From: Macrostomum lignano
Lineage: Eukaryota
DNA: 64,000 nt
NCBI GenBank assembly: GCA_002269645.1
Contig: NIVC01000617.1
Span: 372,001 to 436,000, forward strand
Reading direction: 5' to 3'
In this document: positions 1 through 13,328 of the stretch, piece after piece
Layout of the letters: each line of letters begins with the position of its first letter
How positions within the stretch are numbered: the first letter of the stretch is position 1
Translations under genes and position numbers: made by a program
The notes under the pieces: model-generated
What the model saw: the letters and a program-made list of their open reading frames with translations, nothing else
Database searches by the model: none
What the model was told of the DNA's origin: nothing

Positions 1-191
1 CAAGTTTGCCTGTCCAATGCTAGACTAGCTTGTCTCTCAGTCAGAAATTTGCGTATTGTCTATGGTAAAATCTTAATCATCCTTATCGAATTTCATTTTA
101 TGACTCTGCTGGCACAATGGCCTTATCTACTAAGTATGCATGATAAGATCTATAGTTGACTGATATTGTTCTGTCATTGTCACTCTATCTG

Positions 192-3100
192 TCAATCAAA
201 CATGGCGGCCATATAAGCGGTGGGCACGTATCCCTGTTCGTCAGTGTTGCCAGCAGTTCTTTGAACCAGCGTCCAATCTGCATCGCCAGACAGTACGTAC
301 AATCGTTCCCCGGCAACCACGGCCAAGTTGTCTGGCTGGCTCGGATCGTTGAAGTCATATAGCATAGCAACTATGGGCAGCGCCGGGGCTGCAACCGCCG
401 AGGGTGGCGGAGGCACCGGAGGCGCCTGCGGCGGTCCGGCGGCACCCGCAGACGTCGCCACCGGCTGCGGCTGAGCCGGCGAAACCGGCGATTCGTCAGC
501 GAATTCGTCGGCAAAAGCTGAGGCACTGCTGGTGTTTTGGCTGCTGGATTAATGGGTGGGTTGAAGTTAGTTTACTTTTCAGGGGATCGAAGGGCGGTTT
601 ATGAGCTCGACAGTGATTCTCAAGCTCAAACTTCACGAGTTCGAAGATTCTCAAGCTTAAACCTCCACGAGTTCAAAGATTCACAAGCTCAAACCTCCAC
701 GAGTTCGAAGATTCACAAGCTCAAAACTTCACGAGTTCAAAGATTCACAAGATCTAAACTTCACGAGTTCGAAGATTGACAAGCTCAAAACTCGAAACTC
801 GAAGTTCGAAATTATTGAAACTAAACAAAAGCCAATTATATCTGTATTATACAGTCTCACCTGCCACTAACAGCCTGCACTGGAGGCGGCGCAGCGGCCG
901 TAGTTGCCACAGGTGCAGCACCGCCCATGTTGCTAGTGTCAACACCCAACGCCTGCAGCTCTTTCTGTTCAGTGGGAAATATGAATAAGTCTATTTTAAG
1001 CGAGCAATAGAAAAAAATCACACCTCGATGATACACACTGCTTGAAAAAATTCTCTGAATTACCAAATACCTGAATGTTATCATCACCTGTACTGTCAGT
1101 ACGAATTTGCAAATTTACCTCGTGTATTCCGCCTCTAAATATGTGTGCATCAAATGAATAAAGGAAAAAAATGGGTTCGAGCAATGGAGTCGAGAAAAAT
1201 CACGGAAATTATTTATTAATACAACACTGGCACCAGAATGGGGCTGCTATTTAGTTTAATTATTAAGGACTCTGCTCACGAAGCGCAGAAATTTAATTAG
1301 AGAAAAAGAAAAAAATTGACTGAGAGAAAGAGAGAGAGAGAGAGAGGAGATTAGGGAGAGAGATTAGGTAGAGGGGAGATTATGGAGAGGGGAAGATTAG
1401 GGAGATTAAGGAGAGAGTGGAGATTAGGGATAATAGGGAGAGAAGTTGAGTGTCCAGATTAGGTAGACAGAGGGAGAGGGATCATCTAAGGGAGAATGGG
1501 AAGAGTGGAAACAGACAGAGCAAAGTGCTGTAAAAATGAGTAGCGTATTACATCATCATAAACTGTATTAAAAGGAAAAAACATATCCGTAAACAGGAAG
1601 CCTCTCAGCGTGTACGAACCGGTCTAACATCCACATCTGTAGTACACGCACTAATCTCATTGACATTATTTGTCGCGCTTGTCACGTTAAAAAATGGCGA
1701 CAGCGATAAACGAATTCTCGGACAGCAACGATTTAGTGGGAAGGAAGAATTACTACTATTGCTACTAGTAGCACTATGGTCCGCTAGCGTCTGATGCTGC
1801 ATCTGTGCGGAATGGTTTATACGCTAGTATTAATAGAAGTTGTGGCACTAATACATAAATATTCATAGAGAGAATCGTTTTAGACTAATTAGTACTACAG
1901 TAAACAAAACGCGGTGGTACGATTAGTCCGAAATTCGAGTAGAAATTAGATTTCTACTTTGCAAGCAGTGTCCGGAAACTAAACTTGTTAATTTTAATCG
2001 CAGCTCATCCTTAGTAAACCGCAGGCTCACATATTTGGTGTTGCTACTGAACTCGAATTTTGTCAGTAGTATTGCAGCAGACGAGCAATCCATGATCTTT
2101 ATTTATCTCAAGGACTCTTTCATTTGCCGCATCACTTTACACCATAGACAGCGAATGCATGCGATAAAAAATCAATCAAGATGCAATGTTGTGTAACCGT
2201 ATGACTGAGAACCATCCGGTCGGTTATCGATAATCAATAATGTGCAAGTAAGCTTTGGCCATAGACAAATGCACCTTTTTCAGATGCCAATTGACAAATG
2301 GAAGAACAACGAACGCTCACATTGTCTAGTCTATGGCCAAAGCTGGTCAATGTAAATGCCGTTGGCGTCGCAGGGGGGCTGTGTACGTGGCCATATTCTC
2401 ATAGCCCATGCCACAGTGTGTACAGTCAGGGCTGTTGTACACCATATGTGAGCGTGTGTATGAGTGCACAGATACGCAGAACAACACAGACTTCAACAAT
2501 GCCATGCCAATAAAGTTTGAAAAAAACCAGATTCATCAGAACTTACCAGAATATCCACCCTCTCTCGATTGAGGGTCTCAACCTGCTCGGACGCCTGCTG
2601 CATCTGCTGCTGCACCATGGCAATGTCGCCTAGTTTTGGATTCTGCTGATAAGTTTGCAGCAGTTTGTGCATCGCGTCCAAGCCTTTGGTTGCTTTCTCA
2701 AGTTCTTCGTCTTTCTGTTTGAGCTGCTCCACAAGCCGGCGCTTCTGCTGGGCCGGGGCCGACTGAAGAGGGGTGATGATATTGAAATTTTTAGGGAGAT
2801 GAAAGGATTGCACGGAGAGACGAGGGATTGTAGATGGAAACGAGGGTGTTATGGGGAGAGACAAAGGGATTGTAGGAAGAGACAAAGGGACTGTAGGGAG
2901 AGACAAATGGATTGTAGGGAGAGACAAAGGGACTGTAGTTAGAAACAAAGGAACTGTAGGGAGAGACAGTATGAAGGACGATCAGACTGTAGGGAGGACT
3001 GTGGGGCCAGACAAATTGATTGTAGGGAGAGACGAACATACATGCGCAACCTCCAAAATTCGGTCGGCCGTGCGACTTAGTTTTTACAAAAATGCGACGT

Positions 3101-6100
3101 AGTTTTTGGCCAAAAATGCGAATTACATGTAAAAAAACATGTAAACGGCAGGAGTAACTATGACTTTCTTTTCAAGCCAAAATGCTTCGTCATCTACTTA
3201 GTACTACTTGGTATTTATTCGGGTGGGCATTTTTGCGACTTACCTTGGTTGGCCGCCAAATCGGTCGGCCGACTGTTACGCATGTATGGAGACGAAGGGA
3301 TTGCAGGGAGAGATGAAGGGATTGCAGGGAGAGACGAAGTGATTGTAGGGAGAGACAAAGAGATTGTAGGGAGAAACGAAGGGATTGTAGAGAGAGAGGG
3401 AGAGACGATGGGATTGTAGGGAGAAAGAGATTGCAGGGAGAGACGAAGGATTGTAGGCAGATCTAAGGCACTGTTGTAAGGCAAGAAAGGACACTAAGCT
3501 GATAGGTTTACCAGAGTAAATATAATAAACGCCAATTAAACGGACAGACCTTTTTATTAAGCGTGCCGAATTTATTCTTCTTTCCTGGCGCCGCCGCCTG
3601 CTGCTGCTGCTGCTGCTGGCTAATGCTGTCATTAGATCCGAGATCTTCGAATACCACATCGTCTGGCACAGGATTGCCAGAAGCGGTTACTCTCATGAAT
3701 TCGTTAATATCATATTCGGCGTTAACATTGTCGGCTTTCTGGCGAAGAGTTTGACAACATTTTGTTCGAATATTAAGGGCTTGAAGCTCGCTATCGCCCC
3801 ATAGCTGAAAGTGCTGCTTGCAGATGGCGGCAACGCGCTTCTCCTGCTCCTCTAGGGTGGCCAGCTGCTCCGGCAGGTGCTCCATGTAGTGCCGACTTTG
3901 GGCTGTGTTATAATCCGATAGCTCCTTGGCGTAGCTCTGCTTGCGCTCTTCGAACATGCTCTGCTTATGCAGGAACACCTGCTGGAAGCGCTCCTCTTCG
4001 TTCTTAGTGATGTCTTTGTTGTCCTGGCGGAGAATTAAGGAGACAGCTCGTGATTGCATGCCGGTTACTGCCGGCTCATAGACAGACAGACAGACAGCCA
4101 GACAGGCAGGCAGACAGACAGACAGCCAGATAGACAGACTGACAGACAGACAGACACACAGACAGACGGACACATACAGACAGACAGACAGACAGACAGG
4201 CAGACAGACAGATAGACAGGCAGAAAGACAGACAGACAGACAGGCAGGCAGACAGACAGGCAGACAGACAGTCAGGCAGACAGTTAGGCAGACAGACAGT
4301 CAGGCAGACAGACAGACAGACAGAGACACAGACGGGATACTGCAGAAAGGCAGTCAGACAAAAGTCAGAAACAAAAAAGCTCATATACACGGACCTCAAT
4401 AACTCAAAACAGCTGTAAAATATTGATACACAGAAGAAAAATATTTAGAAGAGCACCTTATTAGCAATGTAGTCCTCCCGAGCCTTCTTCATCTCGACAA
4501 ACGATCTTTGGTACTGACTCCTGACGTTTTCTAATTGGTTCCGATTGCGCTCCAAGTCTTTCACCAGGCCGGCGACTTTCTTCTCAGTCTGCTGCGACTG
4601 GCGTTGCGCTTCTCTTAGCGCGTCCTTGACCTCTTTGGATGATTTCAATAGTTCATCGCGTAGGGTGTCGTGCTGATTGGCAGACGATACGAGTTCGGCA
4701 AGCATCTCGTCGAACGAAGTCTGCACGCTGAATCTGTGTCGCATTAATGAATAGAAGATACGATGGAAATTTCCACTACTGGTCAAGCTGAGAATCCAGT
4801 CTAAATCAGTGGAATTTTCCACTACTGGTCAAGCTGAGAATCAAGTCTAAATCAGTGGAATTTTCCACTACTGGTCAAGCTGAGAATCAAGTCTAAATCA
4901 GTGGAATTTTCCACTACTGGTCAAGCTGAGAATCAAGTCTAAATCAGTGGAATTTTCCACTACTGGTCAAGCTGAGAATCCAGTCTAAATCAGTGGAATT
5001 TTCCACTACTGGTCAAGCTGAGAATCCAGTCTAAATCAGTGGAATTTTCCACTACTGGTCAAGCTGAGAATCAAGTCTGAATCAGTGGAATTTTCCACTA
5101 CTGGTCAAGCTGAGAATCCAGTCTAAATCAGTGGAATTTTCCACTACTGGTCAAGCTGAGAATCCAGTCTGAATTAGTGGAATTTTCCACTACTGGTCAA
5201 GCTGAGAATCCAGTCTAAATCAATGGAATTTTTCACTACTGGTCAAGCTGGCAATCAAATATAAAACCAGATAGGAATAAGAAGCATAACAACTTACTTA
5301 ATCTTTTCCTTCTTGTCATATTCCTTTGTTCTGAACTCTTTGCAAAGTTTTCTAAAATTAAAAATAGAGAAGCACTGATTTTTTATAAATAATAAGCAAT
5401 ATGAAGAAATAACATTATTTGTTAAATAAAATAGGTACTTACCTTAAATCTTTTGCATATTTTTCTTCAATTTTACCTCTTCTCTCCAGGAAGTCTGAGT
5501 ACTGCTTCAGAAAATCTTGATTGTACTTAGTGAAGTTGTACAATTGTGGGTTGAATGTGTCCTAAAATAGAAATAGCCTTGCTAATCAATAGAACTCTCA
5601 AGCATTTATGTGAAAGATTGAAAGCTAGAAAAAAAATAATGTATGAATTTAGGACAAATAGTATTTTAAGACTTATAGAAATTACACTAAACCATACATA
5701 CATAAATCCCTTGATTTACACTGGCAATTCAACTTTATTTTTTACCATAAATGTGACTTACCTAAGAAAAAACCTTAAAGCAAAAATTAATTCAATTTTG
5801 GATAAACAACAGGAGTAACTATAAGTGTCTTATAAAGGCTAAATACCTCATCAAATGTACTGTCTATATTCCTTTGGGTAGGCACTTTTGTGACTGCAAC
5901 AAATCAAATCAAACTTCATATTCCAAAAAGATTTGCTTGCTCTTCTCCCTAGAATGAAGTCTTATATCTTGAAATTTGTGCAAGGTATATATTTTAGCAA
6001 TTCCCCCATGAGCATTAACATCTCAACAACTCTTATTGTGAGCTACAAGATTTCAGAATTTTATTTTATGAATTTTAAGCAATAGTTTCAACAATTCTCT

Positions 6101-7868
6101 CTCTCCTTATAAGCTGCAACATCTTACTTATTCCCCATAAGCCCATTATGGTTAAATCATAACCCTAAACCTACCAAGAGCTATAGCATTTTAGCAATCC
6201 CTTATGAGCATTGAAATCTTAAATTTTTTAAGAACAATTATTTAAATTTGAATTTAGAACTCTATATTTGTCTTTTATAAATACAAAATTAGCAATAATA
6301 AAAAGACTTTAGTTTGGTCATTTAGAAGAACTTTAATTGAGCTAGAACTTGGACAACTCAACTATAAAAGTCTTATGACTTGCCAATTATGCACATAACT
6401 TTTTGTCAATTTATAATAAAATGATAGAAAAATTTGTACATAGAGATTTGACTAAAATAAAAATAATTGAGGCTACAAAGATAGCATGGTAAAATTAGAT
6501 ATAGCTATAGTTACAGACCTTCAGAGAAATTATGGTAGGATACTACTATTTACCAAAAGTAATATTAGTTTTTTCTAAGGTTTCTTTGATAGATTAGCTA
6601 TATTTTTTGTCGAAAATAGGCCAAGTTATAGATAATATAAATCAAGCAAGAGTTTTATTTTTTTCTATAGGGGCGGGGCACTAATATGATTTACTAGTTA
6701 GATGATGAAGCATTTTTGTAACTAAAAGGTATCATAGCTATTTTGCCATTTCCCTTTTAATTTTTGTATGTATTTAGAAACACATTCAGATAATTTTGAT
6801 TTAGATTTAAATTTTTTTGTACATTTGGATTTGGTTTTGGAAACTTGCAAAAATCCAAATTTGGTACCTGTATAACTTTTGCCAACACATTTACAGACAG
6901 ATCTTCCGACACTTTTTATGACACTTAAAATGTCACAAAAAGTGTTGAAAAAAGTGTTGTAACAATTGACTTTTGCCAACACATTTTCAGACAGACCTTC
7001 CAACACTTTTTATGACACTTAAAATGTCGCAAAAAGTGTCGAAACAGTTAACATTTGCCGACACATATTTTCCGACACTTAAATTAATGCTGCAAAGTGT
7101 CTGAAAAGAGTTGTACAGTTAACTTTTGCCAACACATCTTCCAACATTAAAAATGTCACTTTTTAGAGCTAGGTGATGTACATTCATGTACTCATACTAT
7201 TCATGTAAGCTTACATGTATCTTTGTTAAGTATGAATTACGTAGCAGCCTGCAGTACAATATAGATTTATTCGAATTTATCTTCAGTCAGATAAATATAG
7301 TAGATCAAACCATTAAATGTAAGTTTGTGATTTGAGAAACATTTCCCTATTTCCCTGTTTAAAAGATCCCTTCATGGGAGCAAGATACAAAAACTGTTTC
7401 TTCAACTGCTTCAAATTTTTGATACAACACTTTTTTTGACACTTTTTGCAACATTTTAAATGTTGTAAAAAAGTGTCCGAAAATCTGTCTGAAGATGTTT
7501 TGGCGAAAGTTAACTGTTACGACACTTTTTCCAACACTTTTTGCAACACTTTAAGTGTCGTAAAAAAGTGTTGGAAGATCTGTCTGAAAATGTGTTGGCA
7601 AAAGTTATACAGGTAAATTTGGTTTATCACAAACCTTAACCATATAATTTTGCATTTTGGTTCTAACAAAAAACTTAGGGCAGTACAAAGTTGAAGTGAT
7701 ATCTATTAAATGCTGATATAGTAGCCTAAAAGATTTTTTTTAAATTAAACTAATAATGTTTCAACTAAAAAAAAAGATTTTAAAAATACATAAAAATAAA
7801 GAATCATATACTCACTGTATGCCTTTGAAAATACTTACCCAGAGTTTATGATCCCACACAGAAGGCAT
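192..7868 (-). CDS. FNBP1: F-BAR + HR1 + SH3 protein of the FNBP1/CIP4/TOCA-1 family, 8 coding exons, about 553 aa
   Basis: Exons: complement(7839-7868, 5443-5561, 5298-5351, 4457-4787, 3550-4023, 2547-2762, 861-964, 192-525), all GT-AG with consistent phases, totalling 1662 nt. Protein begins MPSVWDHKLW-DTFNPQ...FLERRGKIEEKYAKDLR (FCH). It then has an HR1-like QQKRRLVEQLKQK...YQQNPKLGD, an acidic FADEFADE motif, and a C-terminal SH3 (LYDF...DWTLV...GYVPTAY). Confidence 0.9.
615..800. repeat. Intronic minisatellite, unit about 32 bp
   Basis: About 5 copies of tcaagctcaaa(a)cttcacgagttcgaagat in the last intron of the FNBP1-like gene. Confidence 0.8.
2795..3460. repeat. Intronic 21-bp minisatellite interrupted by a MITE
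   Basis: Degenerate gagagacaaagggattgtagg units on both sides of the 3037-3288 insertion. The ORFs here are repeat artefacts. Confidence 0.85.
3037..3288. mobile_element. hAT-like MITE, copy 1 (252 bp)
   Basis: TIRs catacatgcgcaac / gttacgcatgtatg. An 8-bp direct repeat gagacgaa lies at 3029-3036 and 3289-3296. Homologous to 19284-19569. Confidence 0.8.
4078..4335. repeat. (CAGA)n microsatellite
   Basis: Direct reading. It is the source of the VCLS-type spurious ORFs. Confidence 0.95.
4773..5250. repeat. 46-bp tandem array (about 10.4 units) containing the FNBP1-like exon 4 acceptor
   Basis: The ccactactggtcaagctg core recurs at 4773, 4819, 4865, 4911 ... 5233. Confidence 0.95.
6865..7615. 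mobile_element. Foldback-type non-autonomous element in FNBP1-like intron 1
   Basis: Long, internally repeated inverted arms (tacctgtataacttttgccaacacattt... / ...aatgtgttggcaaaagttatacaggta). Flanked by direct repeat aatttgg at 6858-6864 and 7616-7622. Confidence 0.75.
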
Positions 7869-10160
7869 CTCACTTTTTAAACAATAGGCCTAGCTTAAAG
7901 TTAAGATACAAAATACCACCTAAGTAGGCTTAAAAAATTAGCCTACCACTACTATCTAGACCTACAACACAAGCAATTTATGGCTCTTTCTAAATTAATC
8001 CTAGACTTGAGTTTTTCAGTGTTTGCTAGACTACTTTTTGATTGATAAGCCTAAAATACTATAACAAGAGTTAATAGGCTATTCCTGTTTATTAGAATAA
8101 AGCCAAAACGGTTTCCTATTAGACTAGCTTATCTAGAACTGATACCGCCAAAAAGAATAGAATCAGTTGTAGACTTAGGCTTGTCTACAACTTAAAGTAC
8201 TATAGAAAAAGTTCTACCACGGCAAACAATTACACAGGTACAAACGCCAAGCTGAACGCCCGTGTTCCTAAACTCAAATAGGTTCTAAATTCTAATTTGA
8301 ACCTATCGGCGGGCGGTGAACACAGTCAGAATTTTTTAGACCTAAATTTAGTATGGAAAAGATAATCACCTTTTATACGTTAGCTCTTTATCATAAAAAT
8401 TTAAAAATTCACACAAACAGTGACTTAATTAATAAGAAACATATATGATGTAAACGGTCAGTCATAAATTTTCTTTTATTATAATCAAGTAAAGACACAT
8501 TTAAAGATTAGAAAAAAATTTAAAGTTCCCCTTTTGAATTTATGGTACCGCGAACTTCATGAAATCTTTTAATGTATTCCTCGGTGCCTTTCATTTTTCT
8601 GTATATATATATATATATCCTCTGTTCAAAATCAGTGTGACTGTCGCCTTAAATGACTAAAAGTGAAATCCACCACTAAGTATTTTTCAGAATTTGTCCG
8701 TTTGCAACGTTCCTAAGGAAACGCTTGAATTTATTAGCAATTTGTAAAAATAAAAAAGGCCAACCTCCTTTCATTAGATGAATTTTATTCTAGTTTTTAT
8801 TAAGTATATTTTTGTGTAACAGGCAGCTCTCAGCACAGCTTACCAAAGGAAAGCAACTACGTACAGGTGACGTTTTAAAAAACTGCGGATTGTAACAGTT
8901 TAATCAAATTATATTTAATTTAGAGCTAAAAATAAAATTATTTTGTAAGCTGTAACTGTTTAAAGTTTTAAAAACTTACTTATATTTGATATTTTTACTA
9001 ACACTAGCTTTGTTTATTATTGATTTTTGCTTCACCGCTACCATTTGATTTATTCTCTATTTATTACAAAAAATATTCCTGGCCTGACCCCGGATATTTT
9101 CCTGACAGACAGATATTCTTTCCTTCAAACAGATAATTCAAACAAAAAAGAATTCATGTTTTGGGATGCAATCCCTACTCTAACGCCATATTCAGCTTTA
9201 ACATTTTATAAGCAGAAACTTTTTGTACTGAAGAAAAAACATTGGCATTGCATTGGCACGAATACAAACATCTTCAAGATTAACATGCCATGGGCCCCTG
9301 TCCCCCCTAAAGTTTCTAAAGTTTCATTTAGATATTTCAGGATTAAAATACATAACCTTTATAGTCTGGTAGCCCAGGGGTGCACTATAGTATTGGATAG
9401 GCCTATGTTGTATGATTGAGCAGGATTTCCATATCCAAAATAGCTGCCACCCCAATTATATATGTTGTATAACTGTATTTTACTACGTGATATTATTAAG
9501 AATTATACTACATTCCACTTATTATGTTATTAGACTACTACATACTAGAGTGGATTACTACATTATACAATTTGTAATTTAATCATAGGCATCACCATTA
9601 TTATGTTTTTAAAAGTGGGAAGCCAAGCAGGTACCTTTAATGCCTATGCCATATGCCTCCCCCCTCCCACTTTAAAAGTGGGGCCTGGGGGGTCCAATCT
9701 AATCTGTAGTTTTAGTCTTCACCTCTTGTAAGATATAAAAGCAGCAAATAATTTATTGAATAAAAAAGTATAACAATTTTAAGACTATTTGGAGAATAAA
9801 GTGAATAAAAAATAAGATAGGTACTTTGATGCCCCTTTCCCCTGGCCTGTTCCAGTGCCTATGACTTCAATGAATACATATATATTTACATTTCTTATAT
9901 TTAGTCTCATTTTTATACAAAACTTTTACTCATTACTATCAGTATTTAGTCAGCATTGGTATCTATAGGTCTATTTTATAATTTTTACTAATTTTATGAA
10001 GTTATATTAATGTATTCTAATGAGGTCTATAAAATTTCAGAAGATATGTCTCAATAAATGATTTATTCAATATTTAATTTATAGAAATAAAAAACAAATA
10101 TATTCTGTTTGACTGTTTCTTCAGAGTATCTGATTATTAAACTAAACTGGTTGTCTATCA

Positions 10161-13100
10161 ATGGGATGTGGAGCATCAAAGCCAAGTAAGTCAAAACATA
10201 AATTCTAAATAATAGTAGGGACTTTCAAAACAATTTTGCTAGAAATTAGCACCACTTTATTCTATGCATCATTATAGGCCTGCCCTGAGTTTTTGTCTAA
10301 ATTCTCAATTAGATCTTACTAGATCTTGAAAAAACTTGATCTTATTTTGCTTAGATTGACTTTGCTTGAAACCATTTAATTCTTATTCAAATTGCCCCTA
10401 TTCAATTATTATTAGCTCTAAGAACTTGAGCTAAATTCTCAAGATTCTCAACCTTAAGACCTAGCCCATATACAGTATTAGAGAAAACAAGCTAATCTAT
10501 GAGGTTTTATTGAGAAATTAATCAAGTCCTATCTTTCCTATATAGTAAAACTTTTAGTCTTGCCTCACTTGATTTTAATCTCAAAGGCCAAACTCTTAAC
10601 TTTGAGATTTTTCACCCAATTTCTTGTCTTGTCTAACCTTATACATTATGTATTATAAATAAAAAACCTAAAATTGTGATTTTCCTAACACAGGACCAAA
10701 CCGCACAGGCCACTCAAATAATGGAGGCCATCAACAGCAGCAATCATCAAGACCAGCCAATGGTCAGCCGCAGCAACAGCAGCATTACCCTTCGCAGCAG
10801 TACCCTCCACAGCAGTACCCGCCACAGCAGTACCCTCCACAGCAATACCCGCCGCAGTACCCACCTCCACCGCCACCAAATCATCAGCAGATGCCGCCGC
10901 CCCCTCCATACTCAACTCAGCCAATGATGCCGCCAATGGCCTACCCGCAACAGCATCATCAAATGCATCAGCAGCCGCATCCGCAGCAGCAGATTATCAT
11001 ACACCAGCGGGGTCACCGAAGGCGCGGTCACAATAACGACATGGCTTTAATGGCTGGGGCAGCCATGGTTGGCGGCGTAGGCGGTAAGTGTTTTGCTGAA
11101 TTATCAGCGCACCATATGAATTAGTTTAGCCTTACTTATCTTAGGTTAGCGAGCGAAAGTGCATGTGACTATCTGAGCTAAACTACATGGCAGCACCGCA
11201 GTGGACTGTCGGCCATTTTACTTTCATTTTCATTTCATTTCAGTTCATTTCCTCTAAGATAAGTTCATTTCCTCTCAGATGAGTTCATTTCCTCTCAGAT
11301 AAGTTCATTTCCTCTCAGATGAGTTCATTTCCTCTCGGATGAGTTCATTTCCTCTCAGATGAGATCATTTCCTCTTGGATGAGTTCATTTCCTCTCAGAT
11401 GAGTTAAACTCCTCTCACATGAGTTCATTTCCTCTTGGATGAGTTCATTTCCTCTCAGATGAGTTAAACTCCTCTCACATGAGTTCATTTCCTCTTGGAT
11501 GAGTTCATTTCCTCTCAGATGAGTTCATTTTCTCTCAGATGAGTTCATTTCCTCTAAGATAAGTTCATTTCCTCTCAGATGAGTTCATTTCCTCTCGGAT
11601 GAGTTCATTTCCTCTCAGATGAGTTCATTTCCTCTTGGATGAGTTCATTTCCTCTCAGATGAGTTAAACTCCTCTCACATGAGTTCATTTCCTCTTGGAT
11701 GAGTTCATTTCCTCTCAGATGAGTTAAACTCCTCTCACATGAGTTCATTTCCTCTTGGATGAGTTCATTTCCTCTCAGATGAGTTCATTTTCTCTCAGAT
11801 GAGTTCATTTCCTCTAAGATAAGTTCATTTCCTCTCAGATGAGTTCATTTCCTCTCGGATGAGTTCATTTCCTCTCAGATGAGTTCATTTCCTCTTGGAT
11901 GAGTTCATTTCCTCTCAGATGAGTTAAACTCCTCTCACATGAGTTCATTTCCTCTTGGATGAGTTCATTTCCTCTCAGATGAGTTAAACTCCTCTCACAT
12001 GAGTTCATTTCCTCTTGGATGAGTTCATTTCCTCTCAGATGAGTTAAACTCCTCTCACATGAGTTCATTTCCTCTTGGATGAGTTCATTTCCTCTTGGAT
12101 GAGTTTATTTCCTCTCAGATGAGTTCATTTCCTCTTGGATGAGTTCATTTCCTCTTAGATGAGTTCATTTCCTCTCAGATGAGTTCATTTCCTCTCAGAT
12201 GAGTTCATTTCCTCTAAGATAAGTTCATTTCCTCTCAGATGAGTTCATTTCCTCTCAGATGAGTTAAACTCCTCTCACATGAGTTCATTTCCTCTTGGAT
12301 GAGTTCATTTCCTCTCAGATGAGTTCATCTGAGTTCATTTCCTCTCAGATGAGTTCATCTGAGTTCATTTCCTCTTAGATGAGTTCATCTGAGTTCATTT
12401 CCTCTTGGACGAGTTCATTTCCTCTCAGATGATTTCATCTGAGTTCATTTCCTCTTGGATGAGTTCATTTCCTCTCAGATGAGTTCAATTCCTCTCGGAT
12501 AAGTTCATTTCCTCTTGGATGAGTTCATTTCCTCTCAGATGAGTTCATCTGAGTTCATTTCCTCTTGGATGAGTTCAATTCCTCTCGGATGAGTTCATTT
12601 CCTCTTGGATGAGTTCATTTTCTCTCAGATGAGTTAAACTCCTCTCGGATGAGTTCATTTCCTCTTGGTTGAGTTCAATTCCTCTCGGATGAGTTCATTT
12701 CCTCTTGGATGAGTTCATTTCCTCTCAGATGAGTTCATCTGAGTTCATTTCCTCTCAGATGAGTTCATCTGAGTTCATTTCCTCTCAGATGAGTTCATTT
12801 CCTCTCAGATAAGTTCATTTCCTCTTGGATGAGTTCATTTCCTCTTGGATGAGTTCATTTCCTCTCAGATGAGTTCATCTGAGTTCATTTCCTCTCAGAT
12901 GAGTTCATCTGAGTTCATTTCCTCTTGGATGAGTTCATTTCCTCTTGGATGAGTTCATTTCCTCTCAGATGAGTTCATCTGAGTTCATTTCCTCTCGGAT
13001 GAGTTATTTCCTCTTGGATGAGTTCATTTCCTCTCAGATGAGTTAAACTCCTCTCGGATGAGTTCATTTCCTCTCGGATGAGTTCATTTCCTCTCGGATG

Positions 13101-13328
13101 AGTTCATTTCCTTTTAGATGAGTTCATTTTCTCCTAGATAAGTCATCTTCACATCAGAGGAGCATACTGAAGCCAGTCTACCTGTAGGTACTTTCAGAAC
13201 AACTTATTACAGAATATTCAATCAAATTCTCACGAATTTCAGGCCTAGCAATGGCCGGCATGATGCACAGAGGCTTCGGCAGCTGGAGCAGCTTCAGTAG
13301 TTTCAGCTCCTGCGGCTCTTGGGACTGA
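10161..13328 (+). CDS. Small Pro/Gln/Tyr-rich protein with an N-terminal MGCxxS acylation motif, about 166 aa, function unknown
   Basis: Exons 10161-10185, 10694-11083 and 13243-13328 (GT-AG, phase 1/1, 501 nt). Protein: MGCGASKPRPN...(YPPQQ)n...MALMAGAAMVGGVGGLAMAGMMHRGFGSWSSFSSFSSCGSWD*. Confidence 0.8.
11240..13140. repeat. 20-bp minisatellite (roughly 90 units) in intron 2
   Basis: Unit gagttcatttcctctcagat with recurring variants forming 60-bp higher-order blocks. Confidence 0.95.

Noticed and set aside
1605-1802. Extra FNBP1-like exon (MQHQTLADH...)
   Set aside because: It has a plausible acceptor but no convincing donor, and HR1 continues directly from exon 2547-2762 into 861-964.
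9586-9864. Possible hAT MITE (cataggca...tgcctatg)
   Set aside because: The TIR is only 8 bp and the putative TSD matches 6 of 8 positions, which is too weak to call.
11240-13140. CRISPR-like array interpretation of this and other tandem arrays
   Set aside because: Units abut directly with no unique spacers, the DNA is eukaryotic and intronic, and no cas genes are present.
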